DNA of 64,000 bases from Octopus sinensis (lineage: Eukaryota), in assembly GCF_006345805.1 (NCBI RefSeq), contig NC_043013.1, forward strand, positions 49,104,001-49,168,000. The letters are read 5' to 3'. The notes below the pieces were generated by a model. The model saw only the letters and a program-made list of their open reading frames with translations, was not told where the DNA came from and ran no database searches. Of the stretch, positions 1-12,429 are shown in pieces. Position numbers and translations under genes: made by a program. Each line of letters begins with the position of its first letter. The first letter of the stretch is position 1.

Positions 1-1
1 C

Positions 2-53
<52 letters not shown>

Positions 54-452
54 TGATAGATAGATAGATAGATAGATAGAAAGATAATGTGTGTATGTAT
101 GTATGTATGTATGTATGTATGTATGGAAGTAGGTATGTATGTATGTATGTATGTATGTATGTATGTATGTATGTAGGTAGGCAGGTAGGTAGGTAGGTAG
201 GTAGGTAAGTAGGTAGGTATATCCATGTGGGTGTAAGGTGCTGAAAGATGAAGTGGAATACCTATAAAGCATTTACCGATGCTAATTTTATTAATTGTAG
301 CAAGTAGGTGAATAGAAATCAAATTGCTCTATTCAAGACTTTTCTCCATTTTCTTTTTTATTTTCCATGTTATTAGCATCTCATTCCGCGCGTTAACATA
401 TGCAGGCAAAATGAGTAAGTGCGTATCTGTGTGTGTATTGTGTGTGTGTGTT

Positions 453-488
<36 letters not shown>

Positions 489-490
489 CA

Positions 491-607
491 AGAAAAAAGC
501 AACAAAAATGGATCAATATTTCGGTACAATTGTTTCGTAAATATAAAGCTGGTCTTCGTACGAAACAATTATACCGAAATATTGATCCATTTTTGTTGCT
601 TTTTTCT
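491..607. repeat. Fold-back hairpin, 49-bp arms, 19-nt loop
   Basis: 491-539 is the reverse complement of 559-607 with 1 mismatch. Confidence 0.95.
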
Positions 608-724
608 GTTTATAATCACCTCGCATTATCTTATGGTTAATACCATATAGATTCTGGTGCATCCAAGTTAAGTACTGCATTCATGTGAATTCAACAGAAC
701 TCACTTGAATTTTTATTTTTATTT

Positions 725-961
725 TATATATATATGCTATTTATGATATATATATATTATATATATCATATATATATTATATATGTATGTATGTATAGTA
801 TATATATATGTATGTATATATGATGTATATATGTATGTATGTATATATAATGTATGTATGTATGTATATATATATGTATGTATATATGTATGTATATATG
901 TATGTATGTATATATATATGTATGTATATATGTATGTATATATGTATATATGTATGTATGT

Positions 962-995
<34 letters not shown>

Positions 996-1090
996 GTATG
1001 TATGTATATATATTTATGTATATATGTATGTATATATATATGTATGTATATATATATTTATATATGTGTATGTATATATATATATGCATG

Positions 1091-1121
<31 letters not shown>

Positions 1122-1290
1122 GTATATATATATATATGTATGTATGTATATGTACGTATGTATGTATATATATGTATGTATGTATGTATATATATGTATG
1201 TATGTTTATATATATGTATGTGTGTATGTATATATATATATGTATGTGTGTATGTATTTATGTATGTATATATATATGTATGTATGTATG

Positions 1291-1327
<37 letters not shown>

Positions 1328-1378
1328 ATATATATATATATATATATGTATATTCATGTATATACATGTATATAAGAT
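725..1378. repeat. Compound (TA)n/(TATG)n microsatellite
   Basis: Seen directly; source of the YIYI/MYVC ORFs. Confidence 0.95.
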
Positions 1379-1436
1379 TATAAATGCGCACGCTCGCGCA
1401 CGCACATATATAAGTATGCATTAATTTCTTTTTCAG

Positions 1437-1537
1437 GGCCACAATTTGTTCGCCAACTTAAGTTCAGAAGATTACGCAGAGGTTATTAATCTGTTAAAAC
1501 AAGCAATATTAGCAACGGATATCTCTTTGCATCTGCA
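1437..1537 (+). CDS. PDE11A: PDE11-like phosphodiesterase, catalytic-domain exon (first in window)
   Basis: tttcag|GGC ... CA|gtaagt. Translates [33 protein letters not shown](Q), matching the PDE11 GHNIFANLSS...KQSILATD helix. Confidence 0.9.
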
Positions 1538-1706
1538 GTAAGTACAAAATATTTATTGCTATTGGTTTAATGCCTATACAAATAAAACCTGGTTTTGTTT
1601 TCGCATTTAGATAAAATTTGTGTGCATGGAATATTTTTCTTATTCATTTAGCAAACATATGACATTAAAATGCTCACTTTTAATGTCATACACCTCGATC
1701 CTTGGA

Positions 1707-1755
<49 letters not shown>

Positions 1756-1801
1756 CATTAAGAGAAAACTTACTTAGAAGTGGATGGGTGGCGTTTATTA
1801 T

Positions 1802-1838
<37 letters not shown>

Positions 1839-1852
1839 CATATAATAATAAT

Positions 1853-1895
<43 letters not shown>

Positions 1896-1898
1896 TAT

Positions 1899-1982
<84 letters not shown>

Positions 1983-1998
1983 GAATAAATAGATAGAG

Positions 1999-2117
1999 TT
2001 GAACGAAGATGTTAATAAAATTCCTTTACTTTCGACATATGTTTGGAAGAGAACATGGTTTTATGTCTTCAAAACATATGTCGAAAGTAAAGGAATTTTA
2101 TTAACATCTTCGTTCAA
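1999..2117. repeat. Fold-back hairpin, 52-bp arms, 15-nt loop, after a (GATA)n tract
   Basis: 1999-2050 is the reverse complement of 2066-2117 with 1 mismatch. Confidence 0.95.
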
Positions 2118-2865
2118 TTCCATTTATTTATTCTTCTATAACACATGAATTTTGCACATTAACCCGGAGTTTCTACCTTTAGATCGCTTCAACCGTGTTT
2201 CTGACGTGAATTTGCTACCCTGGTAACGGTTCATTGAATTTTCCATATTAACGGTAAACATAGGATAATTCATTCACCCATCGATATATATATATCAAAG
2301 GCAAGGTATTAATCATTATGTATTTTCTTTATTGCAGTAAATTTCACTTACAGCGGTCTCCAGAGTTCATTATAAGTTCGTAAGAGTACAGGCAATCGGT
2401 CGTTAAGTGTTCTACCTTCTTATAATCAGAATTGACCCTGACGGAAGTAGCATTAACGTTTTAGGTCGTTCGATTTTTCTCAACCGATCAATAAACGTAT
2501 TGAGTAAACTTGTCAATTTCGAACCTATAATAATGATGAATGGAAACAGCTGTAAGTCAAATTTACTGAATAAAGAAAGCACGTGATGACCATTATTTAT
2601 ACTTGTCCTGCATATCCGTCTGAGTGAAAACCATTATAACTGGAGCACAACCATGGATTTGTGATACAGAATGACGATGAGCTATGACTTCGGAGTTCAC
2701 CACTTGGATACGCGGAGCTCTTTACTAATCTAAATGACATTGTTGGCCTGGAGTACTAACAGAGAGCTTATAAAGTATTTTGCCCGGACTGATAATCTCT
2801 TATTAAATAACCATGTTTATACACACACAGACACACACACTCAAACGCACACATACGTATATATT

Positions 2866-3090
2866 TCTTTACTGCCCATAAGGGGCTAAAGATAGAGGGC
2901 ACAAACAAGGACAGACAAAGGGATTAAGTCGAATACATCGACCCCTGTGCCAAACTGGTACTTTATTTAACGATCTCGAAAGGATGAAAGGCAAAGTCGA
3001 CCTCGGCGGGATTTGAACTCAGAACGTAACGACAGATGAAATACCGCTAAGCATTTCGCCCGGTGCGCAAAATGTTTAGCGGTATTTCAT
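2866..3090 (-). mobile_element. SINE family B copy with 5' fold-back
   Basis: Same body as 27286-27760 and 33871 (gtcgactttgcctttcatcctttcg..gtcgat..gtaccag). The head is replaced by the hairpin 3036-3090. Confidence 0.85.
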
Positions 3091-3351
3091 ACGTATACAC
3101 ACACAGAAGTACACATACATACATATATATAAATATATCAAATTATACAATATTATAGATCCATTTCAGTCGATCTAACGAATTGGCTTTGTACTGCGAA
3201 TAGATAACCAGATATTAGATAATTGTGCGGTTAGTTAATAATGCATCTTCCTCGGCGAAAGAAATGTATAACGCTGTATTCTTCGATTAATATAAACAAT
3301 ATACGAATGCATATGTTTCTTGACTTCTGGACATTTAGACGGATATATACG

Positions 3352-3386
<35 letters not shown>

Positions 3387-3455
3387 ATATATTTTATATA
3401 TATATATATATATATTATTATATATATATATATATAGATATATATATATATATAT

Positions 3456-3492
<37 letters not shown>

Positions 3493-3807
3493 CGCGCGAG
3501 AGAGACTCCATCTCGATGGCACATTTTGTCTTTCATTGAGGTTTCTCATTGCTACGGTCTTGGACTTGGACCAGTTACTCAGTTTGTCAACTGGTCCATG
3601 CGTCTTTTGACAGGCTTTGCTTTTAATAGGGTGTCCACAACAATTTTCTCACCTGACTTGCCAGGTGGCGAAACCGGTTTAGTCGCCGACCATCCAACCA
3701 TTAAACAGGTAATACTAGGTTACATGGTACCTGTAGTAGGTAATTTTTTGCCTTGACACCGAGTGTGAGAGAAAGAGAGAACGGGGGAGTGAGAGAGGGA
3801 CAGACAC

Positions 3808-3846
<39 letters not shown>

Positions 3847-4565
3847 TTGATCGATCAATCGATCGATCGATTGATAGATAGATAGATTGGTTTTAATAAT
3901 AATAAAAGCACTGTTTTAATTTAATTGTGCAAGTTGTAGGGATTGATGATTCATTCAGTCTAATATAGTTTGTTTGCCCCAGTTTTATTTAATCATAACC
4001 TAAATCTTGAAACCATTTCAAATGTTACATACATTTCTATTTGAACAAATCCTTTAACAAGTGAAGGTTTTATTGTTGACTTGTGAGATTTATAAACGGC
4101 CAATCTTTCATTGACAGGAGTTTTACTTCTTTTTACATGTATCGTTTATTGATTTATTATCTACTTGTGAATTAAATTGTGACTTCCTTTCAATTGCTTT
4201 GAAACGGAATTGATTACCTTGTATATGAAATCTTTATATGAAGATGGCAGTTACAAAGTCTAAAATCATATATTTGCGATTTTCATAAGAAATTTGTTTA
4301 TTGTTTGTACTAGAGATTTCTCTCTTGACACTCTGTATATATAAGAAGTAAGGACCTAAATCCTTCAAAGAGTTGTTAAATATCCAAGTCCGCCGGTTCA
4401 ATCGAAAGCAAAGAATATATAAAAACCTATACATTCAATAGAAATAATTCTACTGGTATTTAGCCCTAGGAAGCAGCTACACTTCCTGTCGGCCTTGACA
4501 CATTTTCTGTGTCCTTATGTTTACAAGGGGGAGATAAGCACCTCCACTCAACTAAGCCAGCATAA

Positions 4566-4602
4566 AGAGACTAGTTTCTGACTCTTTGCTCGTCTTCAGT
4601 CT
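4566..4602 (-). ncRNA. Minimal type I hammerhead ribozyme candidate (stem II decayed)
   Basis: Minus strand: aga CTGAAGA cga-gcaaagag-tca GAAA ctag TC^ tct. Core intact; helix III palindrome ACTAGT. Confidence 0.55.
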
Positions 4603-4806
4603 GGAGTAGCATGGCTTGCTGGTTGGAGATGCCTCTCTAGCCCTTGTAAACATGTAATTATTCTAGTGAAATACATTCACTGGTTTCCTCCAGACTGAGG
4701 AAACAACTACTATATATTCAATATTGGTACAATAAATAAAGTATTACACACACACACACATATATATATTACACTTTTTCCCCATTTCGCTCATATATAT
4801 ATATAT

Positions 4807-5135
4807 GAAGGCGCATGGCTCAGTGGTTAGAGCGTCGAGCTTACGATCGCGAGGTTGTGAGCTCGAATCCCGGACCGGGCTGCGTGTTGTGTTCTTGAGC
4901 AAGACATTTTATTTCACGTTGCTCCAGTGCACTCAGCTGTAGAAACGAGTTGCGACGTCACTGGTGCCAAACTGTATCGACCTTTGTCTTTCCCTTGGAT
5001 AACACTGGTGGCGTGGAGAGGGGAGACCGGTATGCATGGGTGACAGCTGGTCTTCCATAAACAACCTTGCCCGGACTTGTGCCTGGGACGGTAACTTTCT
5101 AGGTGCAATCCCATGTCGTGACCGAAGAGGGTCTC
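4807..5135 (+). mobile_element. tRNA-derived SINE family C, near full length
   Basis: A box tggctcagtgg, B box gctcgaatccc, CORE-like gtgttcttgagcaagaca; an inverted copy lies at 30515-30823. Confidence 0.88.
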
Positions 5136-5235
5136 AGATATATATATTAGGGTTCAGCTAATAGCTTCACTGCTTACAGAATTTTAAAATAGGTGTTAAA
5201 ATCCCCTTCTATTATTCTATTATTAATTTTTTTTT

Positions 5236-5282
<47 letters not shown>

Positions 5283-6484
5283 GAAATGGGGGAAAAGTGT
5301 AATCAGGAGGTTGAACGTGATAACTGTTTGGATAACACATACGACGAGAGTCTCAAAGCCACACAAAAACTTCAGAAAGAATGAGCTTATGTGGCAGTGG
5401 CAGTGCTTGAGAAAGAATTTTTCGTGCTTTTAAAATATACGTTCAGTTTCAGCGAATTTTTCAAAAGTACTGTCTTTTTTTTATAATGCAAAACCTGCAA
5501 CTTTCGTTGGAATTCATGCATGGTTTAGATTTTTCAGCGATCTCTTAGTTGATGTCAAAGACTGTACTAAGTTGTTTTAATTACCAAATATAGTTTACAA
5601 GTTTTGTGATATTCTCGTCACTTCTGAATGAGGTGATTTAGTTGAATAACGTTCACTTGAAGGGTTCTTAAATTAATCCAAAGCACTATTTTAGGCTGAC
5701 GTTTTCGTTTTCATTCGTAAATTTTTTATCTGCTCCATTTATAATTGCCTATATGTTACATACTCGATTCAGAGGCTGTGCTGTAGGGGTCCTGCATAAC
5801 ATCCAACAATAGGTTTATATCTGCGTGAGATAACTTCTGCGTTTATAGAAATATGTGATACAAAAATGCATGTGTGTTAAATTGTTTCCTGTATTTTTAT
5901 TACCAAATTTAGAAAAAACTTTTACGTACGTTAGTCCTGTGGTTCAGTGAGAAGAGGCCAAAAGAGAATGGTACCCTCTGACTCATCTTTCTTATGGCGT
6001 TCTTGCTGGATTCTCTTTGAATAGTGTTTTCTTTGAACACGTTAGCCTTGAGACTACCCTTTCAAACATTCATTGAATGGAATTTGAAATTAATAGTAAT
6101 CACTCTTCTTCCTTGTTGGTTTTTTGTACTGTATGAGATGCTGGCGAAAAGAATATCGCAGTTTTCTGGCTTTCTCAGCATATCCACGTTAATTAAGATA
6201 CACCAAATGATATGCATATTTATGCAACTACAATAAATACGTCTCTGTACACCTGGTGTATAAGCTAATTAGGATTGGCTAGTCTCAAATTTTTGGCTAC
6301 TTCAAGCTGACGAGACATGTGTCGAAATATTAGTGCCTCCGAATGTTGAGCACACTGTTATTCTTCCGAGACGTATACTACAGCGCCTAGCATATTTTGC
6401 GTCTGAATCTGCCTAGACGTGTTAAGAATAAATACGCAAATGTTCTATCTATCTATCTATCTATCTATCTAGCTAGCTAGCTAG

Positions 6485-6571
<87 letters not shown>

Positions 6572-6577
6572 CCTACC

Positions 6578-6609
<32 letters not shown>

Positions 6610-6621
6610 ATTATATATATA

Positions 6622-6655
<34 letters not shown>

Positions 6656-6799
6656 CTGTTTATATATTGATATTATACTCACGCACACATACGTATAAAG
6701 TTCATTGGTCTGCAGTGTTGAAATTGAATGAAGTGCAGTGTGAAATCGTAGACATGTTACATTCCTTCTATTTCCCTTTCTATTTATAAACCGCAAAAA

Positions 6800-7780
6800 T
6801 TCTGGTGCGTATGTATTTCTTCTACCTGTTATGCCGCATAGGTGAAATTTTATTTTTAGGTCGTTGTTCTATTAAGTATTTAGTTGTGTATGGTGCTGTG
6901 TATGTGTCAGGGTGTTTGAAGCTGTTTTTCACGAATGGTGTGGGTGAAACTTTAATACATTATGCACTCGGGCAACGTGCAGGTGGTCTTATATTTTTAG
7001 CACTTTTGTTTATTTGTATAGGTAGCTTGTGAGTGTAGCCTGAGTACAATCTGCTATGATTCATATTGTATTTTGTCAGGTTACTATTTAGTTCATTGTG
7101 ATTTGTCATAGAGATACTGAGACCAGTCTGTGTATTGTTTGTGTCACACATTGTTATTTTTACTCTATTGGCGAAATGTGGTGCCTTTGATTACTCCTCG
7201 TGTGTTGTTTGGATTTCTTTACTATCATCCCTGTATGTGTGTATGTGAGTGTGTGTGGTTTGTTGCAAATTTGTCGAGATATGCGCATCTTCTAAGTGTT
7301 ATTGACTTCTATGTGTGTGGTAGGATTATGCTATTGGATGTAATGGCGAGTTCTGTTTGATATTCTTTGGTACTGCAAGTAAGAAATAAGACAATAGACT
7401 TAGATTCACTCATCTGTTGAATAAGGAGTTAGAGATCTAGATGAGGTACATAGTATTAGTGTGGTTGTGAAGCAGTGACTGGTGGTAGGTGTATGTATAA
7501 TTTCATCTTTGAATGAGATTGTGTGTATATCTTAAATAGGCATGGGAATATTGTATAGGTAAGGGTTGAAAAGAGTCTCTTTATGATACCTTATACCGGG
7601 AATCACAAGGTCTGGGAGTGTTGTAGTTACTATAATAGAAGTTTTAGAGTAAGTCGGTGTACGTAGACAGCATTTCCATTTTAGTCAACTACATGAATGC
7701 GAAAGATTTCATACATTGTATAGAATCCACGCTAGTCTTCCAACAATACATGGGAATTGTTCTATATTATGCTGGGATTG
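6800..7780 (-). mobile_element. Highly degraded Penelope-like RT/thumb fragment
   Basis: Broken frames give HSRLYSGYTHKL, resembling the YN.AL..SGY..KL.Y thumb also seen at 8900-9000. Confidence 0.3.
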
Positions 7781-7924
7781 GTACCACTATGAGAAAGACG
7801 TTTACTTACTGTGAATATGAAAGAATGTATTTTTAATGTATTACCTTAATTTCAGGTTTATTTGGATGACAATGGAAAACCGAGACTTAACATTTTCCTT
7901 CTCAATTTGATTTTTTCATTATAG

Positions 7925-8066
7925 AATACGGTCAAAGTTTTTTGATATGATCGATAAGGAAGTGAAGCCGCTTGAAGACAAGAATCAAAACGAAATTCTC
8001 AGAAGTATTTTGATGACAACTTGTGATATCGCAGCCATAACAAAACCGTGGATTGTACAACGACGA
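7925..8066 (+). CDS. PDE11A: PDE11-like exon 2 in window
   Basis: atag|A ... CGA|gtaagt. Phase matches the previous exon. IRSKFFDMIDKEVKPLEDKNQNEILRSILMTTCDIAAITKPWIVQRR contains the LMTxCDxxAxTKPW metal-binding motif. Confidence 0.93.
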
Positions 8067-8689
8067 GTAAGTTCAGATTTTCAATTATCTCTAAATAAAC
8101 GAAATATGTGATATAATAAGGACTAATAATAAGGACCAATAATCGGCTTTTATTATGGAATTAGCAACTAGTTTTACAAGCAAGCTCTTTCCAGAATGAT
8201 TTCGCTTAAAGATAAATATTGGTAAATGAATGATGTATAAGACACAGATAAATATATGCGTGTATATGTTATTCTGTTTCAAACTAACAAATAATACACC
8301 CCAAGAAGAGCTCACTACTGAAGCTTAGGGTAGTAAAAATGTAAAATTTTACATAATGATAGAACAAAAAGACTTTCTGTAATAATAATCGATCATATTT
8401 TGTGATTTCTACGAGCATCAACAAGTGACGTAACACGGTTTTAGTTATCGAAAATTCATCTTACGGAGAATAAGAAATATAAGAGTAACAATATGGTGAT
8501 TAATGGAATAGATAGCGATTCATTCAAAGCAACTGTTGAAATAGAAATATGTCAAGTTGAAGCAATTTCCTCCATTTTGAGAAAATCATCTGATAAAACC
8601 ATATGACTACTAATATTTTACCATAAGCTTAAACGTACTTCTCATTAAAGTAATTTTCAAATGGTTATCTACTCTTATGGCCTTGTTGC

Positions 8690-9620
8690 ACCCCAGACCT
8701 TGTTGATCTCGTATCTCTGCACCCGATTCACGTATCTCTTCACTTCTCATCACTCTTGTAATCTCCACACTCTCTTATAGTGTCTTCTAAAGTGTTGTTG
8801 ATTTCTATATTCGGTGGGGTTATTTATAGGATTTGAGTCAATGTTAGAATTCATAATATTTGGAAACTGTTTGCCTAATGTGTTTTTAAATATCGTGTTT
8901 TTAATATAGTGTATTTTACTATTAAAACCACTGGTTTTTAGTGCTGTATTATAAAGGGGTGCAAACTCATTAAATATTTTTCATTCGCGGAAAATTTAGA
9001 TATTCTTATCGACATGCTTTTAATTATTCCCTTAATGACACTTTGGGGATGATTTGATAGTTTTGTTAGTCTTATGATAGGGGTAGAATAAGCCATTATC
9101 CAAATTTAATGTTACATCCAATATGTTAACACATTTAGAGACATTTTCAAATATGATATCTAATCTGTATAATATAAGAAATAAAAACTTTTTTTTTCCT
9201 AATCCTATCAGTTGCTTTTGCAGAGGATTGAGATATGGCGAATAAGGCATCATCTGCATATAGGCCTCCACTAATATTAGGGAATTCTTCCCTAATTTTA
9301 GAGATTAGAAATAGTCCAACAATATCTGTGACCTGGGCAGAATCCGAACTTCCCATTGTAACATCAAAGTCGTCATGGAGGTCAGATCGAGTCCATGTCC
9401 TATCTTTGAAGGAGATCAGTGTTTTCCTTGCAGTAACTATGGTATTTTTCTCCAAAGGCGTGATAGTAGTAAATTTCTGTGCAAATTTAATTGCTTTGTC
9501 TAGTAAATCAGGTTTAATGGACTGGTAGTAATTACTACTTTATACATGTTCCAGACTCCTTATGAATCATTTTACATCTGCTTTGTCATCCTGTTCATTA
9601 GGAATTCGCAAGTACATTTA
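8690..9620 (-). mobile_element. Penelope-like element RT fragment (lineage 2, DVTMGS...GLYxDD type)
   Basis: SIKPDLLDKAIKFA, FDVTMGSSDSAQVTDIVGLFL, GLYADD and LDVTLNLDNGLFYPYHK across frameshifts. Confidence 0.8.
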
Positions 9621-9922
9621 TGGAGTTACACTTTTTATATATTTATATTTATGAATTTTGTGTGTATGAATTTTTATATATTTATAAATTTTCGTGAATA
9701 TGTATGTATTTATAAATTCTTAGAAAATTTTTATATATCATATAGATGAATGCATCTGTGTAGGCACTTTGTATACCATGGAGATTATGGATTGAATGAA
9801 TATATACATCGGCCTTTGAAATTGTTTTATCCTCTCCTTAATTTAATATTTTTGAAGCTCCATCAGAGCGCTAATCGGTTTGAGCTGTATAAAGTGGATG
9901 CCTATATCATTTATTTCTTCAT

Positions 9923-10024
<102 letters not shown>

Positions 10025-10027
10025 ACG

Positions 10028-10065
<38 letters not shown>

Positions 10066-10098
10066 GGCGTATGTATATGTATATATATATATGTGTAC

Positions 10099-10176
<78 letters not shown>

Positions 10177-10299
10177 ATATGTGTGTGTGTGTATGTATAC
10201 ATATAGGTATATGAATATATATATGTGTATATGTGTATATTTTTATTTTAAGCTAAGAGCTGTGGCCAATCTGGAGCACCACCGTTTTGCTACACTTTT

Positions 10300-12428
10300 A
10301 TCATTGAGAACCTCCTCTAATATGTGCCATTTGGTGAATAATGTTGATGTTGCTGCCCTCATTTGCACCTTTTACCTGAAACGCGATGGCATTGTTGGGA
10401 TTTTTGACACAATGCAGTGTTGATCCGTTCTGGCATTAGTGTAACTTTCAAGTCCAAAATTTGACACAATTCCTTCTATGATCTTCCAGATGTATATTAC
10501 TGCATACCTCTCCTGCCATTGCTCCTAGAGGGTAGAGTCTTAGCTGTTTCAGCCTTTCCCAGTAGCTGAGCTGTTGTAACGAGACCATCTTCTTCGTGAA
10601 GCTTCGCTGGATTACTTCAAGGTCCGCTGTTAATTTTACGCTGTTGGTGACCATACCTGTGAGAGCAGTAATCCAGGCGGCTGAGGACGAATGTACTCCA
10701 GAGAGCCATCATGGTTTCCTTCTCTCTGGTTCTGGACGTTCTCATGATTCATCAAGCCAGTCCTCTGCACTTTATCGCCATCCTGGTAATGTGCATGTGC
10801 ACTTGGAAAGATCTATCATCATTCATGTCGATAACCAGGTCCCTCACTGATTTAGGCTCTGAGATTGTAATCCCCTGTGGATCAATGTACCCTGTAAGTT
10901 TTATATTCAATTTATGCAATCTCTTCTTATACAGTTCCCTATTGCAAGTGTCTTAGGGGTAGAATGAAAATGCTTTTGAATTGCATGTATTCAAGTTTTA
11001 TATTCAAGCGCAGGGCTTGGGATTTTTCAGCATTAAAATGCATATCATTGTTCCCAGCCCATCTGTAAATTGAAATCAACTCCTGCTGCATGTGTGCAAC
11101 ATCGCTGGGATTCTGAATTTTCTGCGAGACTTTCGTATTGTCTGTGTAGCTAGCAAGGGTGGCTATCCGAGCAGTTGAGGGCATATTTGAGAGGGCCACT
11201 ATGAAAAGCTGTGGTCCCAAGACAGTCCCCTGTGGAACACCGCTCACTATTTGTGTTTTCTTTGAGGTGGCTTCATTGGCCACTGCTATCTGACGTCTGT
11301 CTTTCAGAAACTTATGTAACTACTCTCCAAGTTTTCCGATTATGCATATCAAACCATGATCCATTTTATAAAAAGCTTTTGCAAAGTCAAGCTACAATAC
11401 GTCAACATTTAAGTTATTGAGTAACTATCTCAACACCCAGTGATAGTGCTGAAAGAGCTGGGTCAAGTAGCTCTTACCTGGTCGAAAGTTATGCTTGGTA
11501 TCACTTAGAAAGTTGTTTTCTTCAAGGAATGCGATTAGTTTCCATTTGACTATCCGTTCGATGACTCTGCTGATGTCAGAGGTCAGTATGATAGGCCTAT
11601 AGTTTTTGGCATCTGTTCTGCTTCCTCCTTTATGAATTCAACATATTTTCTCTCCTTCACTTTGCGTGGCAGCCTGCCATTTGCAAGAAGCTCTGGAAGA
11701 TAATCTGTAGTGGGTTTGCCAGGGCTCGCTTACACGATTTGAGGAGGATTGCTGGGAAACCATCAGGGACAGCAGTTGAGGTTGCGTCCACCTCATCTAT
11801 GACTCGTAATATATCTTCTTCGCTAATGTTAATGTAATCCATCGTAACTACCTCGCTGGTTGTAGGTGAGGCGGCAAAGAAATCCACTGCTTCGCTCACT
11901 TGTCTGTGTGTGCGAGGGTTCCAATTTGGTTGGTAAAGGCACTTCGTTTACTTGCCATAAGGCAACCTAGAAACAAATTGAGAAAGAGATTCTCAAACAA
12001 AACCGGCCTAAATGTCTCTCCTCACCGGACATCGACATAAAACGTTAACAATTCATGTCTGAAATGCAAGCCATATGCTACAAATGTTCCCAGAGAGAAA
12101 GGCCCCTGTACATAAGTACAAAATACCCAGGGAGAGGAAAATACTTACGAGAAGGCGTACAAAAATTTCAAATCGCCTAAACAAACAAATTGAAAGCAGT
12201 GAAAAGTCCCACCTGAAAATACAACAACTGGAGATTGAAAAAAATCTGCAACTCTCCCATTAAAAAGAAAGAGCAGACAAAGAAGCCTGGGCTGTAGACA
12301 ATATAAAATCTAACCCCAAACCTTTCTACAAGTTTGCCAAAGAAACTGCTTCAGTGCACTGCAGGATAGGGCCACTCCTCGAAAAAGATGGTTCACTCAC
12401 AGGAAACCCAATGAGGATAAGTGAAATT
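10300..12428 (-). mobile_element. CR1-clade LINE, 5'-truncated, with an inverted 5' segment (about 11955-12428 on +)
   Basis: Minus strand: PDGFPAILLK, YRPI.LTS, LDFAKAF, SGVPQGTVLGP, YTDNTK, LE.IQRSFTK, SYWERLKQL. Plus strand: DNIKSNPKPFYKFAK...IGPLL...ISEI tether. Confidence 0.88.
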
Positions 12429-12429
12429 G

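Noticed and set aside
26-1442. Many long ORFs of YI/MYVC/HT/II/LL repeats here and throughout the window
   Set aside because: Stop-free translations of (TA)n, (TATG)n, (CA)n, (ATT)n and (TTC)n microsatellites; no protein signal.
4807-4880. tRNA-like A/B boxes (also at 25088, 51696, 57274, 61094)
   Set aside because: They are SINE heads continuing into SINE bodies with tails and TSDs, not tRNA genes.
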